From contig OZ241828.1 of assembly GCA_965202585.1 (NCBI GenBank), forward strand, positions 35,588,001 to 35,652,000: 64,000 bases of DNA, given 5' to 3'. Below the pieces are notes generated by a model, which did no database searches, was not told the DNA's origin, and was given only the letters and a program-made list of their open reading frames with translations. This DNA is from Thalia democratica (taxonomy: Eukaryota). A program made the position numbers and the translations under genes. Shown piece after piece: positions 50,191 through 62,895 of this stretch; positions within the stretch are counted from its first letter, which is position 1; every line of letters begins with the position of its first letter.

Positions 50191-53100
50191 AACTAACTTT
50201 TTATGTTTTGAATACTTTTCTAATCAAATTTAAAACAGGAAAATGATTTTTTTTTCTATAACAAACGCTGCTTTCAAAAAAAAAAAACTAATAAATATTT
50301 TTTTCTTACTGCAAGTTTAAAAATTTACAACAAAGTTTATTCCGTTGTTACAACAAATTTCACTTTTATACATGTGTAAGGTTTATCCCTATAAAGTACA
50401 AATAGTCCTTTATTTATTTAATAAAACGTGAATAAAATCAAAAAAATATCTAAAACAAATTTAAAATTGTTCATTAATATATAAGTTTTGTATCAAGAAT
50501 TTTTATTAAATTTTAACAGTAATAAAAATGAAACCTGAACCTACTGTCCCTACAATATACACTATTAAACTAAAAATAACAGACCACACTCATACATATA
50601 TATGTTTATTTAAACTAACCTAGAATTTTGGTTCACTGTTTAGTTATTGTTGATAAAACTAAATAATTCATAAATAATAACAAAATACTTATCAAAATAA
50701 AACTTCCTCCTTGTTTATTTTATAGTTATCGCTTTTATTTATAGTAAAAATTCGTGTGTATGTTATTATATCATATGTACGTTATCATGTACAGTACACA
50801 AAACAAATAAAAACATAAAAATATGTTCAAACAGCGTTGTAAAGTTTTATAATTTTGTTTCAACCTATTATACAGAAATTAAAGCTAACTAACATCAAAT
50901 TGCTGATTAATTCTCAAAACAATCAATTTAAAAAAATATTTTATAGCTAATAAACTAAGAATTTCATTAAATACCGTAAAACTCGTGACTTATTGTTGCA
51001 TTAATACAAAAATGTGCATAAACTTTCATAACCCGTTCGTATATACACAAGAAAACTATAATTAGTTTTGTATAATAATCTTTAGTACGTAATAAACTAG
51101 TACACAATATCAACCAAACTTTAATTAAAATTTTTATTGTATACAACCATACAGTTTGACTGTTGACGCATTTGAAAAAAAAAAAAATTGAATTAAAAAC
51201 TAATTTAAGATTATTATAATTCCAAACGGTAAACTATAAAATATTTTTATGTATAAAACTGAAAAAATGTATCAAATAATAAATTGCGATAAAAAAGAAC
51301 AGTAACACTTTAACGTAGTATTGAATGTATTTAGCTCTCTTATATTCGATATAATTTACTTTCAAAAAATACCAATGTTACAAATAATTATAGCACTATA
51401 AACTAAAGCTATTTTATAGTTCAAAAAATAACAAACATCCACATTTTTATTTGAATAAAACTTTATTTTATCTTGTTTACTATAACAACTTTTTTTAGTA
51501 ACAAATTAAAACTTTGTTTTTCTGCTGTTAAACTGTTTTGTTTAAAAATACTTTAAATACTAAGATTATCATACACTGTTTTAATATTGTTTTTTAGAAT
51601 TAACAAAAGAAATGTTTAGTCTCTGTTTAGGAATTTCATTAAAAAATTAAAAAACATGCAACCATGTCTTCAAAATAAGCTTTTTTTCCTGTTGTAAATA
51701 CAAACGTTTCTATGATAATATTCTGTCACAATTGTTTGAATATCCTTGGCTGAAGTTTTGTTTTGAATTAATCACCGCGCTAGTACATGTCAACCACGAA
51801 CAATATTTATTTCGATTTTGCGGCAGTTACAAGTATGTATCAAAATAATTGAGCAAGTTTAATTCTTGTGTTGTATTTTCTAAATGTTTACTTTAAGTTT
51901 TTTACAATGTATTTAAACAAAACAAGCTAAAAAAATGTTTTTGATACCGGCTAACTTTTTGAATGGTTTTTAGTGTTAATTAGAATTAAATTCTAAATAA
52001 ACAAACATACAACAGTTTGTTTAAAACAAATGTATAGTTGCACTTTTTTTATTCACGAAAGCTTATTGTACCAGTTTTAAGATGTTTATTTTTTTTTAAT
52101 TCAGTCAAGTAGGATTAAATAGTTACAATTTAGTCACTTTAGAAGTTAGTAATGCATAAATTATGTTCACATGATCAAAAAAACTTAATCCATGCCTTAA
52201 ATTTAATAACAGCAAGCATAAAACAATGGCTTTTATAAGATACATTTAAATAAGCTTAAATTAAAGAACATGTGTATTGTTCAACCGATGCATAGATTAA
52301 AACGATGTTATGTTTAAAAGTACTTTAAAGATACAAAACGTAAAAAAGCATCATTCTAAGTTTCAAAGCTAGCTTTGAGGAGATATTGAAAACTTTTAAA
52401 GCATTAATTAAAGTTTCAGTAAATTTTAATATTCATAAAATCAATATCTGACATTTCTCAGTGTATGATATTGTAAAGTTTTTAAGACGCAGATAATTTA
52501 AAAAAAAGTAAAAGTATTGTTTGTACTTTAAAAAGTTTTCTTAGTATTTTTTAAACTGTTTCAAATACCGTTTAAATTTTGAGAAATTTAAGCTAGGTTA
52601 AGCTTATAATTAATGACATTTTTGGATAATTTTTCTGGTGTTTGGAAGTGTATGAACTACTTATTTTAAAATATATTAGTGCATCATTGTAATACTGATA
52701 ACAGTCTAATTAGAATACTTTTTCTATATTGAATATAGCTCATACTAAAACTATAAGAACTCATATAATTTTAAAGTTATAAAGTTATTTGTTTAAATAG
52801 AATATTAGTAAAAACTTCAACAAAAAGGTTTCTTTTTTAACTGAAACAATTGTTGATCTAAAAAATACATGTTTAATTGAACCTAGTTCTCATAGATTAA
52901 CGTAAAGCTAAAAGCATTTTATAAAACTTTAGAAAAATATAATTCCGCTATGAAAGACTTTCCTCACTACAACAATAAATTGATTTTTTAGTGTTAATGT
53001 TTTCAATTGTTATCTGCATAACATGTTGTAACTCATAACTAAAATATTACATAAGTATGTAATGTATTTAAAGACTAACAAAAGCTATACTGTTCCAAAG

Positions 53101-54467
53101 ATTAGACTACTGAGCAATAATTGTTTTTGTTACAGATAGTCAGAATGTTAAAGTAAGTAGAGGAATAAATCTCAACTATCTAAAAAGCGTTTGTTGGTAA
53201 ATGTGGTTAATTAGTGTAAAAGTTTATTTTATATGTAGTTCAATATGAACTGTCTAGTTACTATGTCAGAAAAAGTATCTTAAACGTTCGTTTTTTATTG
53301 TGTTTACTTTATATAGACATAAAAACAATCTTTTTACAATTTAAAAGTTTTAAGTTAAATTCATAAAGTATATAACATGATTTTTTTTTTTTTCAAATAC
53401 AATTTTTATGGAGTAAATGCGCATTTTAAATTCACAACTTTTGAAATATAAGTGTTTTTGTTTTAAAAATAACTTAAAGATGTTACAATTTTTACTTATT
53501 TTTGTACAATGTTGCTCTTTTGTTTTATTTAAAAGCTTTCATATTAATGCAATAAGTTGAGAAACAGCTGGGAATAGATACATTAAAAAAAAAGAAACAA
53601 ACTACGCTTTAATAGCATGTACTTACCACTGTTTTGTAAGCTTATGAAAGTAGTTTTAAAAAACCAAGTTTTGGCTAACACTTTATAAAGAAAAACCAAG
53701 CGTTAATGTAGAAATCATTACTTTATAACATTTCGCTTAAAAAGAATTTTAGAGCTAATACAGTTAACAATTCCAATATTTTCTACTTTGACATGTCCGT
53801 TTATTTATATTAAAAAAGTTATCACAACAACATTTGTTTAATTTTGTATAAACACAACTGAACCCTTTTAAACTTTGTTACGTGAAACTAAACTAGTATT
53901 ACTAATATTAAATTACAAATAAACGTTCTTATACCCTTTCCAAAATATAAAACAAAAAGAAACAAAATCTTTTGTGCATTCGAAACTATATAAGCTTGTT
54001 TCATTTTATTTATTTTATTTTTTTTTCGATTTTACCATAGTATTTTGAGTGCTAATCTTTTGTAAAGTATTTATGTTTTGAAACAATAACATCATATACA
54101 GCCGCTTTTTAAAAATTTAAATGAATTTTAGCGATGTATAATTTATTTAGCGGTTTTATTATTAAAAAATAAGTAATATATTTTGAAAAAGTATTGTAAG
54201 AAATCACCTAACTCTGAAAAGTTCTCAAATCTTTGAACAAAAAAGCTACAAACAATATAGTGAATAATGAAGTTATAGCTATCTAGATTTAAAAAAAACT
54301 ATAGTTTAAAGCATAGGTAATTTCGAAAACACGTCGTAAAATAAGTTTTACATGAGACCAAATATTTATTATTATATTTATTATTAACTTAAAACATAAA
54401 TGATAGAACTAAATCTTGAAAAATAATTTTGTAACTTTAAATAAATTTCTAAATAAAACTAAATTTC

Positions 54468-54523
54468 TCGTGCAATTTAGTAACCTCGTGCAATTTTGTC
54501 TTCGTGCAATTTAGAGTCGTTCC
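54468..54523 (-). repeat. TTGCACGA subterminal repeats ending in a GGGAACG terminus (family of 5829-5968)
   Basis: Reverse complement GGGAACGACTCTAAATTGCACGAAGACAAAATTGCACGAGGTTACTAAATTGCACGA. Confidence 0.65.
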
Positions 54524-55869
54524 CACTTAAAATGACTCGCTATTGTAAACTTTAAATAAAGTTTGGTGTGTTTATTGTTAATAATTGGACTGAAGTCTTG
54601 TACGTTGAATGTACAATATATCTTAACCCTTAGTATAACAAACCTTTTTTTTTGATTTAGACTAAAACAAAAATAAAATATTTACATAAAAAAAGTATTC
54701 ATAATTCTTACTTCTATAAAATCTAGACAACATAGAATCATTTTTAATCAACACAGTTGGACAATTATTATGCTTGACTCAAATATCTAACGAAATACAA
54801 GGTAGCATAAAATTTTTTTTTTTTGAAACTTTACGTAGCTAAACAGTTAATATTGTCTACTTAATGAGTGTTTTTTATCTTGTATGGTATTCAACTTTAG
54901 TAATTCTGATCAAGAATGCATAACATATACTTAAGGTAGCATAGTATTTAACTTTAACATACTTTTAGGCTTAAAAATCGAGTAATTACTTGATATTTTT
55001 GAAACTTTTGTACTTCTTTTAGCTCGTTTAAGTCATCTACTTCAATGATTTAAAACATTTTCATATAATTAAGATATAGTTCTTGACACTTAGTTATCAA
55101 CATTTTCCTCTTACTTTGAAAAAATCAAAACATACAAGCATTGCCTGAATTATTATTTTTGTCTAAGTCATATCGATGCTTGCTTTTCTTGTATAAATAA
55201 GTATAAAAGATAACATTGAAAATATTTACACACATTAAAGCATTTAAATTTTTCATTCCAAAATATAAATGCAAAGTTACCCCATTTGGCAAGTCGTAGA
55301 TTTAAATATGTTTGGATGACTTTTATCATAAACTTAAATTCAAAATAATTTTCATTATTTTTAAAATGAAAAACTTTTTTTTGAAATTTTTACTTGAACT
55401 CTAAATCAAAATCTAAGTTAGTTATACCATAGTGCTTAAGTACAATAGTGAATAAGATCTTAAAGCTGTGTGGTTTTAAATTAAGAGTAGATGGTGTTAA
55501 CATTGTAAGATTATACTATTAAAGTTTTGTTGCTGAAGGTATAACTTTATTTATCTAACAATTGATATTTCAAACACACTTAGTAATATATTACTTTCGG
55601 CTAAATATAAAAATAATGCAATTCTCATGATAAACTGATTAACATAATTTGTAACAAATTGAGTAAGTCGATAAACCAATTAAAAAAAAAGTTAGTCACA
55701 CACCTACTTAATTGTCAGGTATATACTGTTTTGTGATCTTATCAGATGGAAAAAATGTAAATATTTACAATACTAAAAAATTTATTTTTCAACTGAATTT
55801 AATAGGTTTATACATTTTGCATACAAACTATAACCACAGTAATATATTTATAGTTCTCGTTATGTTATA

Positions 55870-56043
55870 TGTGGTCTCCAAGTACTTACTAAACTGACTG
55901 CTTAACTAACGAGTAGCTTACAGTACTAAAGTTGCTTACAAAACTTAAAGTAACTTATTCCTAAGTTATAAATAAAAAACACACTTTAAATTAATGTTTA
56001 TTATGAGTATTTACTTTCAAAACTCAAGAAAGAAACTGTAACA
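55870..56043 (-). mobile_element. Dispersed ACTTA/TAAGT-rich repeat in a copy-C-specific replacement
   Basis: Inverted match to 34465-34620; C 55710-56043 replaces ~640 bp present in B. Confidence 0.55.
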
Positions 56044-56656
56044 GTATCACAGTGTTTATACTGTTTGTAGTTTTGTATTCACATGATTTTATTATTTAGT
56101 TACTTACTGTGTACAGCTTCTGAAAAAGTTGAAGAACACTGAACTAGATGCCAGAAAAATAAAACTACGTTTAAACAATTTATATCATGTAATTAATAGA
56201 ATGTTAAAAGTCGGACTAAATTTTACTGATAGTACAAGAGTGTTCTTAAAAAATATTTTTCAGTAGTAAGTTTTTAAATTTCAAGTTTTTTCTAAGCTTA
56301 TACATATAAATCTTACAAAGAGATTTTCAAATAAAGTATATACAGACTGTCAAAAAAATGTTGGTTGTTTATGTCAAAAAGTTAAAAACTTTAAATAAAA
56401 AAGATTTAAAACAGATGAAATTTGTAGAAACAAATAAATCGATATAAAAAAATTAATAGTGCAGTAAACCTTAATAAATTTTTAAAGATTTTTTTAGGAA
56501 AAAAAATTATCACAAGATAAGTATTAGTTCAACATAAGGCTTTACTAAAACTTTTTAAAGTTTGCATACACTTTGCTCTAATCTTTATGAAAAAGGCAGT
56601 GATAAATACAAGTCAGAAAGATATGAAACGATAAAGTTCGATTAATCAAAAAGAAG

Positions 56657-57019
56657 TCATGTATCACTTTCTTCGTTTATCGGCGACAAGCTTTCTAATT
56701 GGTTCGTTTCAGCGGCAGTTTTATTCATCCGTTCTGACATCAAAAGAGGACTGACAACCGTTGTATCGATTTTCGGGCTTTTATCGTTTGCATCATTTAC
56801 AAACTTTGAATTAGCAGTGTTCTTACTGTACCACATTTTAAAATTAGGAAATCGGAAACACTTGTACAATTTTGAAACGACATGCTTTCTTATGTACTTG
56901 TTAATGTCTCTCTGTGTTGAGGCGTACACAATAGGGTTTAGTAAAACGCTGAAAAAACTTATAATTCGGACTGTTGTTATAATGGCATGGCAGTAGTTTA
57001 GGTCCTTTTCTTCCAAGCC
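56657..57019 (-). CDS. GPCR C exon 8 (TM7, C-tail)
   Basis: ORF track 56657-57016; acceptor TTGTAG|GGC. Confidence 0.87.
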   Translation of the reverse strand, partial: GLEEKDLNYCHAIITTVRIISFFSVLLNPIVYASTQRDINKYIRKHVVSKLYKCFRFPNFKMWYSKNTANSKFVNDANDKSPKIDTTVVSPLLMSERMNKTAAETNQLESLSPINEESDT

Positions 57020-60000
57020 CTACAATGTGTATTTAGACTCAATTAAAAGTTATTAAATTTTTATCATGTATTATATTTTATTAATAATGTAGAAAAAACG
57101 TTTGAAAACTCGACAGTATGAATAACGATAGTCTTTTTCACAAGTACAAAAGTTTTTACACGTCACATGTTTATTTAAGTAATCATGTAAATTTTATAAT
57201 TAAACAAATAAGCAAAAAAAAAACAACTTAGTCTTAATAAAACTTGATAGATTTTAGCAATGCTTAGCTATTTAAATTTTTTTTAAGCTGTAGTATTCTA
57301 TAATTAAAAATAAACATTTATTAAAAATACCTCTAGTCTAGTCCTACATTTTTTTTTGTTGCAGTATGTTTTAAAACAGATTTTTTATGTTTCAGTACTA
57401 AAGTAACAACTTATAAACTTATTGTAACTTAAAAAACGTTTATATTGAAAATTATATGTTAATTTTAAGTTAAAAACTCTTTGACTTAAATCAGATATAT
57501 TGTCTCACTTTTTAACTTTAAACATAATTTATATTCGTTGTCTATTTGTTAAACAGCCGCTAACATTAAATAAGTTACTATTTTTCAAGTCATTAAACAA
57601 TAAACTGGTAATAAAACGTTATACCTATATTTAGATCAATTAGTTTTATAGTTGTATAGCATGTTTTTATGTGTAAGTGTTATTTAACAATATAAGTTGC
57701 TAACTAGAAACTAGTTGCTAATATTTAGAAAAAATTAATTGAAGATTTTATTTTTAAAAATAACTCCTTTACTAAAGTAATGATCAAAAAAAAAATTAAT
57801 ATGAATAATAAGATTATTAAATACAACTTATATGTTTTAGTTTGTACTTTTAATTTTAAAAGCATTAAAAAAACGAAGAAAAAATTACTAGTTACAGAAA
57901 TTAAGTTTTGTAAAAACGAAAACTATTTTCTTGAATATAAAATTTTGAAAAAAAGCAAAACTAAGTTAAAAAAAAAACAAATATAACATAGTAATCATAG
58001 ATGATAAAAATTTGTTTTATATGTATATTAAAAATGTAATTAACCCAAAACAAAAGAAATTATTATAAAAAAATTTCAACTCTTTAATTTTACATTCGAT
58101 AATTATCAGAAAAATTGCTTCTTCTTATAACGTTTAGTTAATTATATTTTATCTATTAAATAAATATCTGCTAAGTATATTTGAAGTAATAGAATACTTT
58201 AATAGCTATATTTTGCTTTTAAAGAATTCAATAAAAAACATTTAATTTTAAGCTTAACAAGGAAATTGTACTGTATAACTATTTATTTAAAAGAAGCAAT
58301 TAAGATAAATAGGCTTAAAGTATATATAACGTGTTGATAGAGTGTTCTTAAATTTTTGTATTAGATAAAAAAAATAAACTTAAAAACCGCTAAAAACGAA
58401 TTAAATGTTATTATTTTTATAACTTATTCGTCAAATTATTAGAGTAGTCTAATTTTTAAACAGAGATTTCTTTGTTAGACTGCCTTTTAAACTTAAAATC
58501 GAAGGTCAAAATAGTTAAAATTTAAAACGAGCTGATTTTTATAATATGCTTTGACATTACAAACCTGCATAATGTAAACAACCATGAATATTTTTTGTGG
58601 CAACCAGCATATTGAGAAGACAATCACGTAGGCAGTCACTGTTTTTGCAATCTTGATGTGTTTTTCAGCATTTTTGTAAGCTGCGGTTTTAACACTTAAA
58701 TATCCCACTGTAAAAAAGATGTTAATTGTCAACAAGCATATAAGTTGCTATATTGTACTGTTAGCGTTGTCAATAAAAACTAGATAATGTTACTTTTATC
58801 ATTCTCTAATTTAATACGTTTTTTTGCTACTTCACTTAGTTAAGTTTAAAAGAAAATTATTTTATTTTTAAAATGCTTCAAGTCATACGTTATGTTAAGA
58901 GATAATTAAACAAATAATTTTGCAAGTTAGAAATATTAAAATAGGTAATTTATTGCTTATATATACATTTAACAAAAACTAGAATATATTGCTTTACTAG
59001 TTAACTTAATGTTAAAAACAAAATACAAACTTGTCAAAAATATTATTGTTTATATCAAAATTTATTTGACAAGGTCAGCTAACACACACCGAAACCAGGT
59101 AATAGACCAAAGCAGTATATAAACATTTGTTTTATTATATCAAAAATGATAGAAAAATAAATATTCTTAACTTTCTCATTTTATAAATTATTAATAATGT
59201 CTGCTTCAAAAACTAAACTCAACAGTGGCTATCTTAAGCACTATGCAACTGTTAAACTGTTATTTTAAATATTTTATCATGAGATAAAAATATTCAAATT
59301 ACAAAAGGCTAAACTTGTATTAAGCTTCGATTTTAAAAGCTAAAGACATACTTTTATTTTTAGTTCTGTCGGATTTATTTTCTTTAGTTTTTGTTACGAC
59401 TCCCTTGCTTCTACTTGGGCAGGTGAAGTTAGGCGGAGTGACTTTTATTCCCGGACTGACTTGAACGCAGGTCTGATCTGTGAAGAAGCTCTCAGTTGAA
59501 CTCGCTGATGCGTTGCTCACCGGTCTCCTCTTCCGGTCCACCATCCTGTTCACCGGACTCAACTTCAGTTTTGGCACCGAAGACTTGTTGAACTTGACAA
59601 TGGGGCTCAACGTGGTTTCTTTCGTATCGCTGTGCTTCATTGTGGAAACGTTGGAGTTGAACAAGCTCCTGTCGGTGTTCATTCGACTCCTGGCTCTCTT
59701 GTTGATCATGTAGGCGATCCCTGAATAGCTGATTGCAATGGCGATGTAGGGAAGAAAAAATCCAATGACCACGTCGACTGCAATCTTATATATTTTTGTT
59801 TTGTGTTCATAGTTTGGGGTACAAGTGTAGCTACTTTCAATTTGTTTAGTTCCATTACTCTTAATCCATTCCCCATAGTAGTACAACAACCCTTCATATT
59901 CTAGTTCTCTGATATCTGGTACCTCGTATTCTGTTGTTTTAATGAAAATTTTATTAATTGTTAAATTCGGTTTTAACAACTGTACTGAGTTTTAAAAAAT

Positions 60001-62895
60001 TCCTATGATTAACATGTATATGTAATAATTATTTGATGATAATTGAAACTTAAAAAAAAAATACCGATTTTTAGTTTCTATAGCTAAATTTAACTGTTAT
60101 TTAAGTACTGTAAAAAAAATTAACAAAGATTATAACAAAAAACATCAAAAAACAACATTTTATTTACAAAAGCTTAAACTTGTCTTAATAATAATCAATA
60201 AACAAACCCAAACAAAAGATAAGAACAGATTTTATGAGTTTTTATCAGTTTATTATTAACTTCATATTAATTTTTTTAGCTTTTTAAAAATCTAACTTTC
60301 AAACTAATTGTTTGAATTTAAAATATATGTCATAGTTTTCAAAATGCATAGTGTATTTTTTTACATGATTTATTTTGTTACATAATATCTTTTATAAACA
60401 TGTGTATGTACTAGTTTCTACCGATAAATACTAATTTATAAGACTAAACTGTTTTAAAAATATTATATGAATAAGAGATAGTGCAAATTAAATTTATTAT
60501 GAATAAATACCAATTCATGATACTAGTGCATAAGCATCATAACTTTAATAATAAAAAAACAGTGTTTGTTTTGTACTTAGTATACTATTTACAACGTATC
60601 TATATATATATAATATTTATCTATGACGTAATTATTAAGTTTTGTAGATTAAAAACATTCAGTGCAAACACTAATCTTCTATCTCAACAAACAACTAAGA
60701 CTCACAAAACTACAAATATGTGACTACTATATATTTTAAAATTTATTGAATATTAAGAGGAGTTTTTTAATATGGCGACATAATTCATTTATTTTATTTA
60801 AGTAATCCTATTTTTTTCAACGCATACACAACGGCCGTTAGTTCTTTAACTCAATAGCTTTTAAAGTATTTAATGTAATATTCACTTGTTTGTAGTTTTG
60901 TGAATTTTAGTTGATTGTATAGTCTTTATATGAAAGATTAGTTTTTGCACTGAATATTTGTACTCTACAATAATTCATAATTACGTCATAGTGTTTTTTG
61001 TTGTTTTGTATAACTTTTGTATTAATGTTTACCAAAGTGCAATTAATTTCGAACCAACAGCTAACAATAAAAAACAATTATATTTTTTATAAAACATATG
61101 TTCCGTTATTTTTAAACTCGAACTTTCTCAATAGTTTATTTGAAAACCCTTCAAGTGGGCTCTGTGGAAGATGATTTAGTTTATTAATAGTTTTATAATA
61201 GTTATTCAATAATTTGTACTAAAAAAATTAATATTGATATCTAATATATGTATTAAATTGAGTATATATATATTTATCAATTTCTTTCAAGTTATAAATA
61301 AGTTTAGTGGCTATAAAAAATCATAGCTTTAACCATTTGTGACGAAAAACGTCTAAATACTAACAAGAATTAGTTTAACTAAAACTTACTATCATATACA
61401 ATATTGTCGTCTTTTAACTGTTCGCAAGAATAAACTGTTTTGAAATTATAATATAAATAAGCGATATTGCACATGAAATTTGTGCAGTTCACAGCAGATA
61501 TGTTATATCCTGGAACGCTTTCTATATTAATGCTATCGAGTTTATACTTAATTTTCCAATCAATTGCTTCTTTGAAAAGGAAATGGCAATCATTCCAATA
61601 TTTCCACTCTGGTCCTTCGTTTCTAGTATGTTCGCTGAAACTAAAAAAAAGTTTAATAAGTGAATTATGTAAAGACTAAATACTTTTGTATCTAAGCTTG
61701 GAAATCATTAAAAAAATTTTTGTTATATAATGATTAGTAAAATGATTCAAACTTTCTAACAGTTTATCATTCTTTGAACCAATTTCTTGTTGATCACCAA
61801 AACGAAGTTTTCTGTCAATGATGCTAGGCAAAATACAAATAAAAGCAATTATCCACATTATTCCGCTTATAATGTATGTTAACTTTTTCTGTAAAAAAAA
61901 ATTATTACTAACAAATACTAATGTTATATTAGTCTTACGTATAATAAAACAATATTTTTTTAAATCTTTACTTTACTTTAGATTTTTAATAGTAATCCTT
62001 TATAATAACAGTAAACAACTTAATTTTTTTTTTGTTTTAACTTTAAATGAGCAAAAAAACTTGGTTAAAACAAATACTATGACATAATTATAAATATGCG
62101 AACGATGATAATTAAAATTTAAAAAGCTTAATAAGATAAAAGAATTTATTTTTTGATGTTTTAAACAACATTTTATTGCTAAAACACAATGTTAATTTCA
62201 AAACATAATCCGTAAAACGTAGTTTAAGCAGTTTTATTAAAATGCTTCTTTTAATTTGTGTGCCTAAATTTAAAAATAACGGGTTATTTATACAAATTAA
62301 CTTCTAAAAGTTTTAAATAAGGATCTTTTGAAAGAAAAACTAATTTAAAAAAAAACTATTTTATCAAATGTTTATAAAAACGTTTGAAAATGTATATTTG
62401 TTTTTAATTTTGTTTTTTTATAACTATAGTAAATAACTTCAAAAGAAAAATAATTAATATAAAACACACAATTTTATAAAAGAAGCTTTAAACTTTTGTT
62501 TTAGTCGAGCAAAAATATGTTTAAGAAATATAAAAAAATGTTTATAACATAAGTTTTGTTTTCTTTAAAAACTATTTGTCTAAGGAAACTGTATTATTTT
62601 CTAAATAATTTTTCAAAACATTTACACAAAAAATAAAAAGTTAAACAAAACGATTTTTTAATGATGTAAAAAAATAATAATTGATTTTTTTCACATGCTC
62701 TTATCCTTTAAAAGTATTAAAAACTAACGTTAAACTGATATCTTTGACATCTAATTGACTTCCAAACAGCTACAAATCTTTCTACACTCATTGCAGCCAG
62801 TAAAAATATATTTATATAAAAATGGAAATTGTATACCGTCACCACAGAATTTATTAGTTTCATATCGAAACTTGAATCAATTTGATCGCCTCCTT
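56657..62895 (-). CDS. GPCR copy C, exons 3-8 (5' exons beyond the window), intact frame
   Basis: Exons 62895-62729, 61888-61761, 61640-61390, 59984-59352, 58707-58565, 57019-56657 have the same lengths and phases as in A. Confidence 0.85.
58565..58707 (-). CDS. GPCR C exon 7 (TM6)
   Basis: TTTACAG|TG GGA ... CAG|GTTTGT. Confidence 0.87.
59061..59106 (+). ncRNA. Minimal type I hammerhead-like motif with U3:A8 core variant, in an ~85-bp insertion flanked by TATATCAAAA direct repeats
   Basis: UUUAU UUGACAA GGU CAGCUAACACAC ACC GAAA CCAGG UA AUAGA; repeats at 59051-59060 and 59136-59145. Confidence 0.55.
59352..59984 (-). CDS. GPCR C exon 6 (distal ECL2, TM5, ICL3)
   Basis: ORF track 59320-59979; donor A|GTATGT. 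Confidence 0.87.
61390..61640 (-). CDS. GPCR C exon 5 (ECL2)
   Basis: Open 251 nt; donor GTAAGT. Confidence 0.83.
61761..61888 (-). CDS. GPCR C exon 4 (TM4)
   Basis: 128 nt; ORF track 61676-61858. Confidence 0.82.
62729..62895 (-). CDS. GPCR C exon 3 (TM3, ERF)
   Basis: 167 nt, paralog of 21708-21874. Confidence 0.85.

Larger units (their letters stand above)
33731..54745. repeat. GPCR segmental repeat, copy B (~21 kb)
   Basis: Colinear with copies A and C. Confidence 0.9.
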
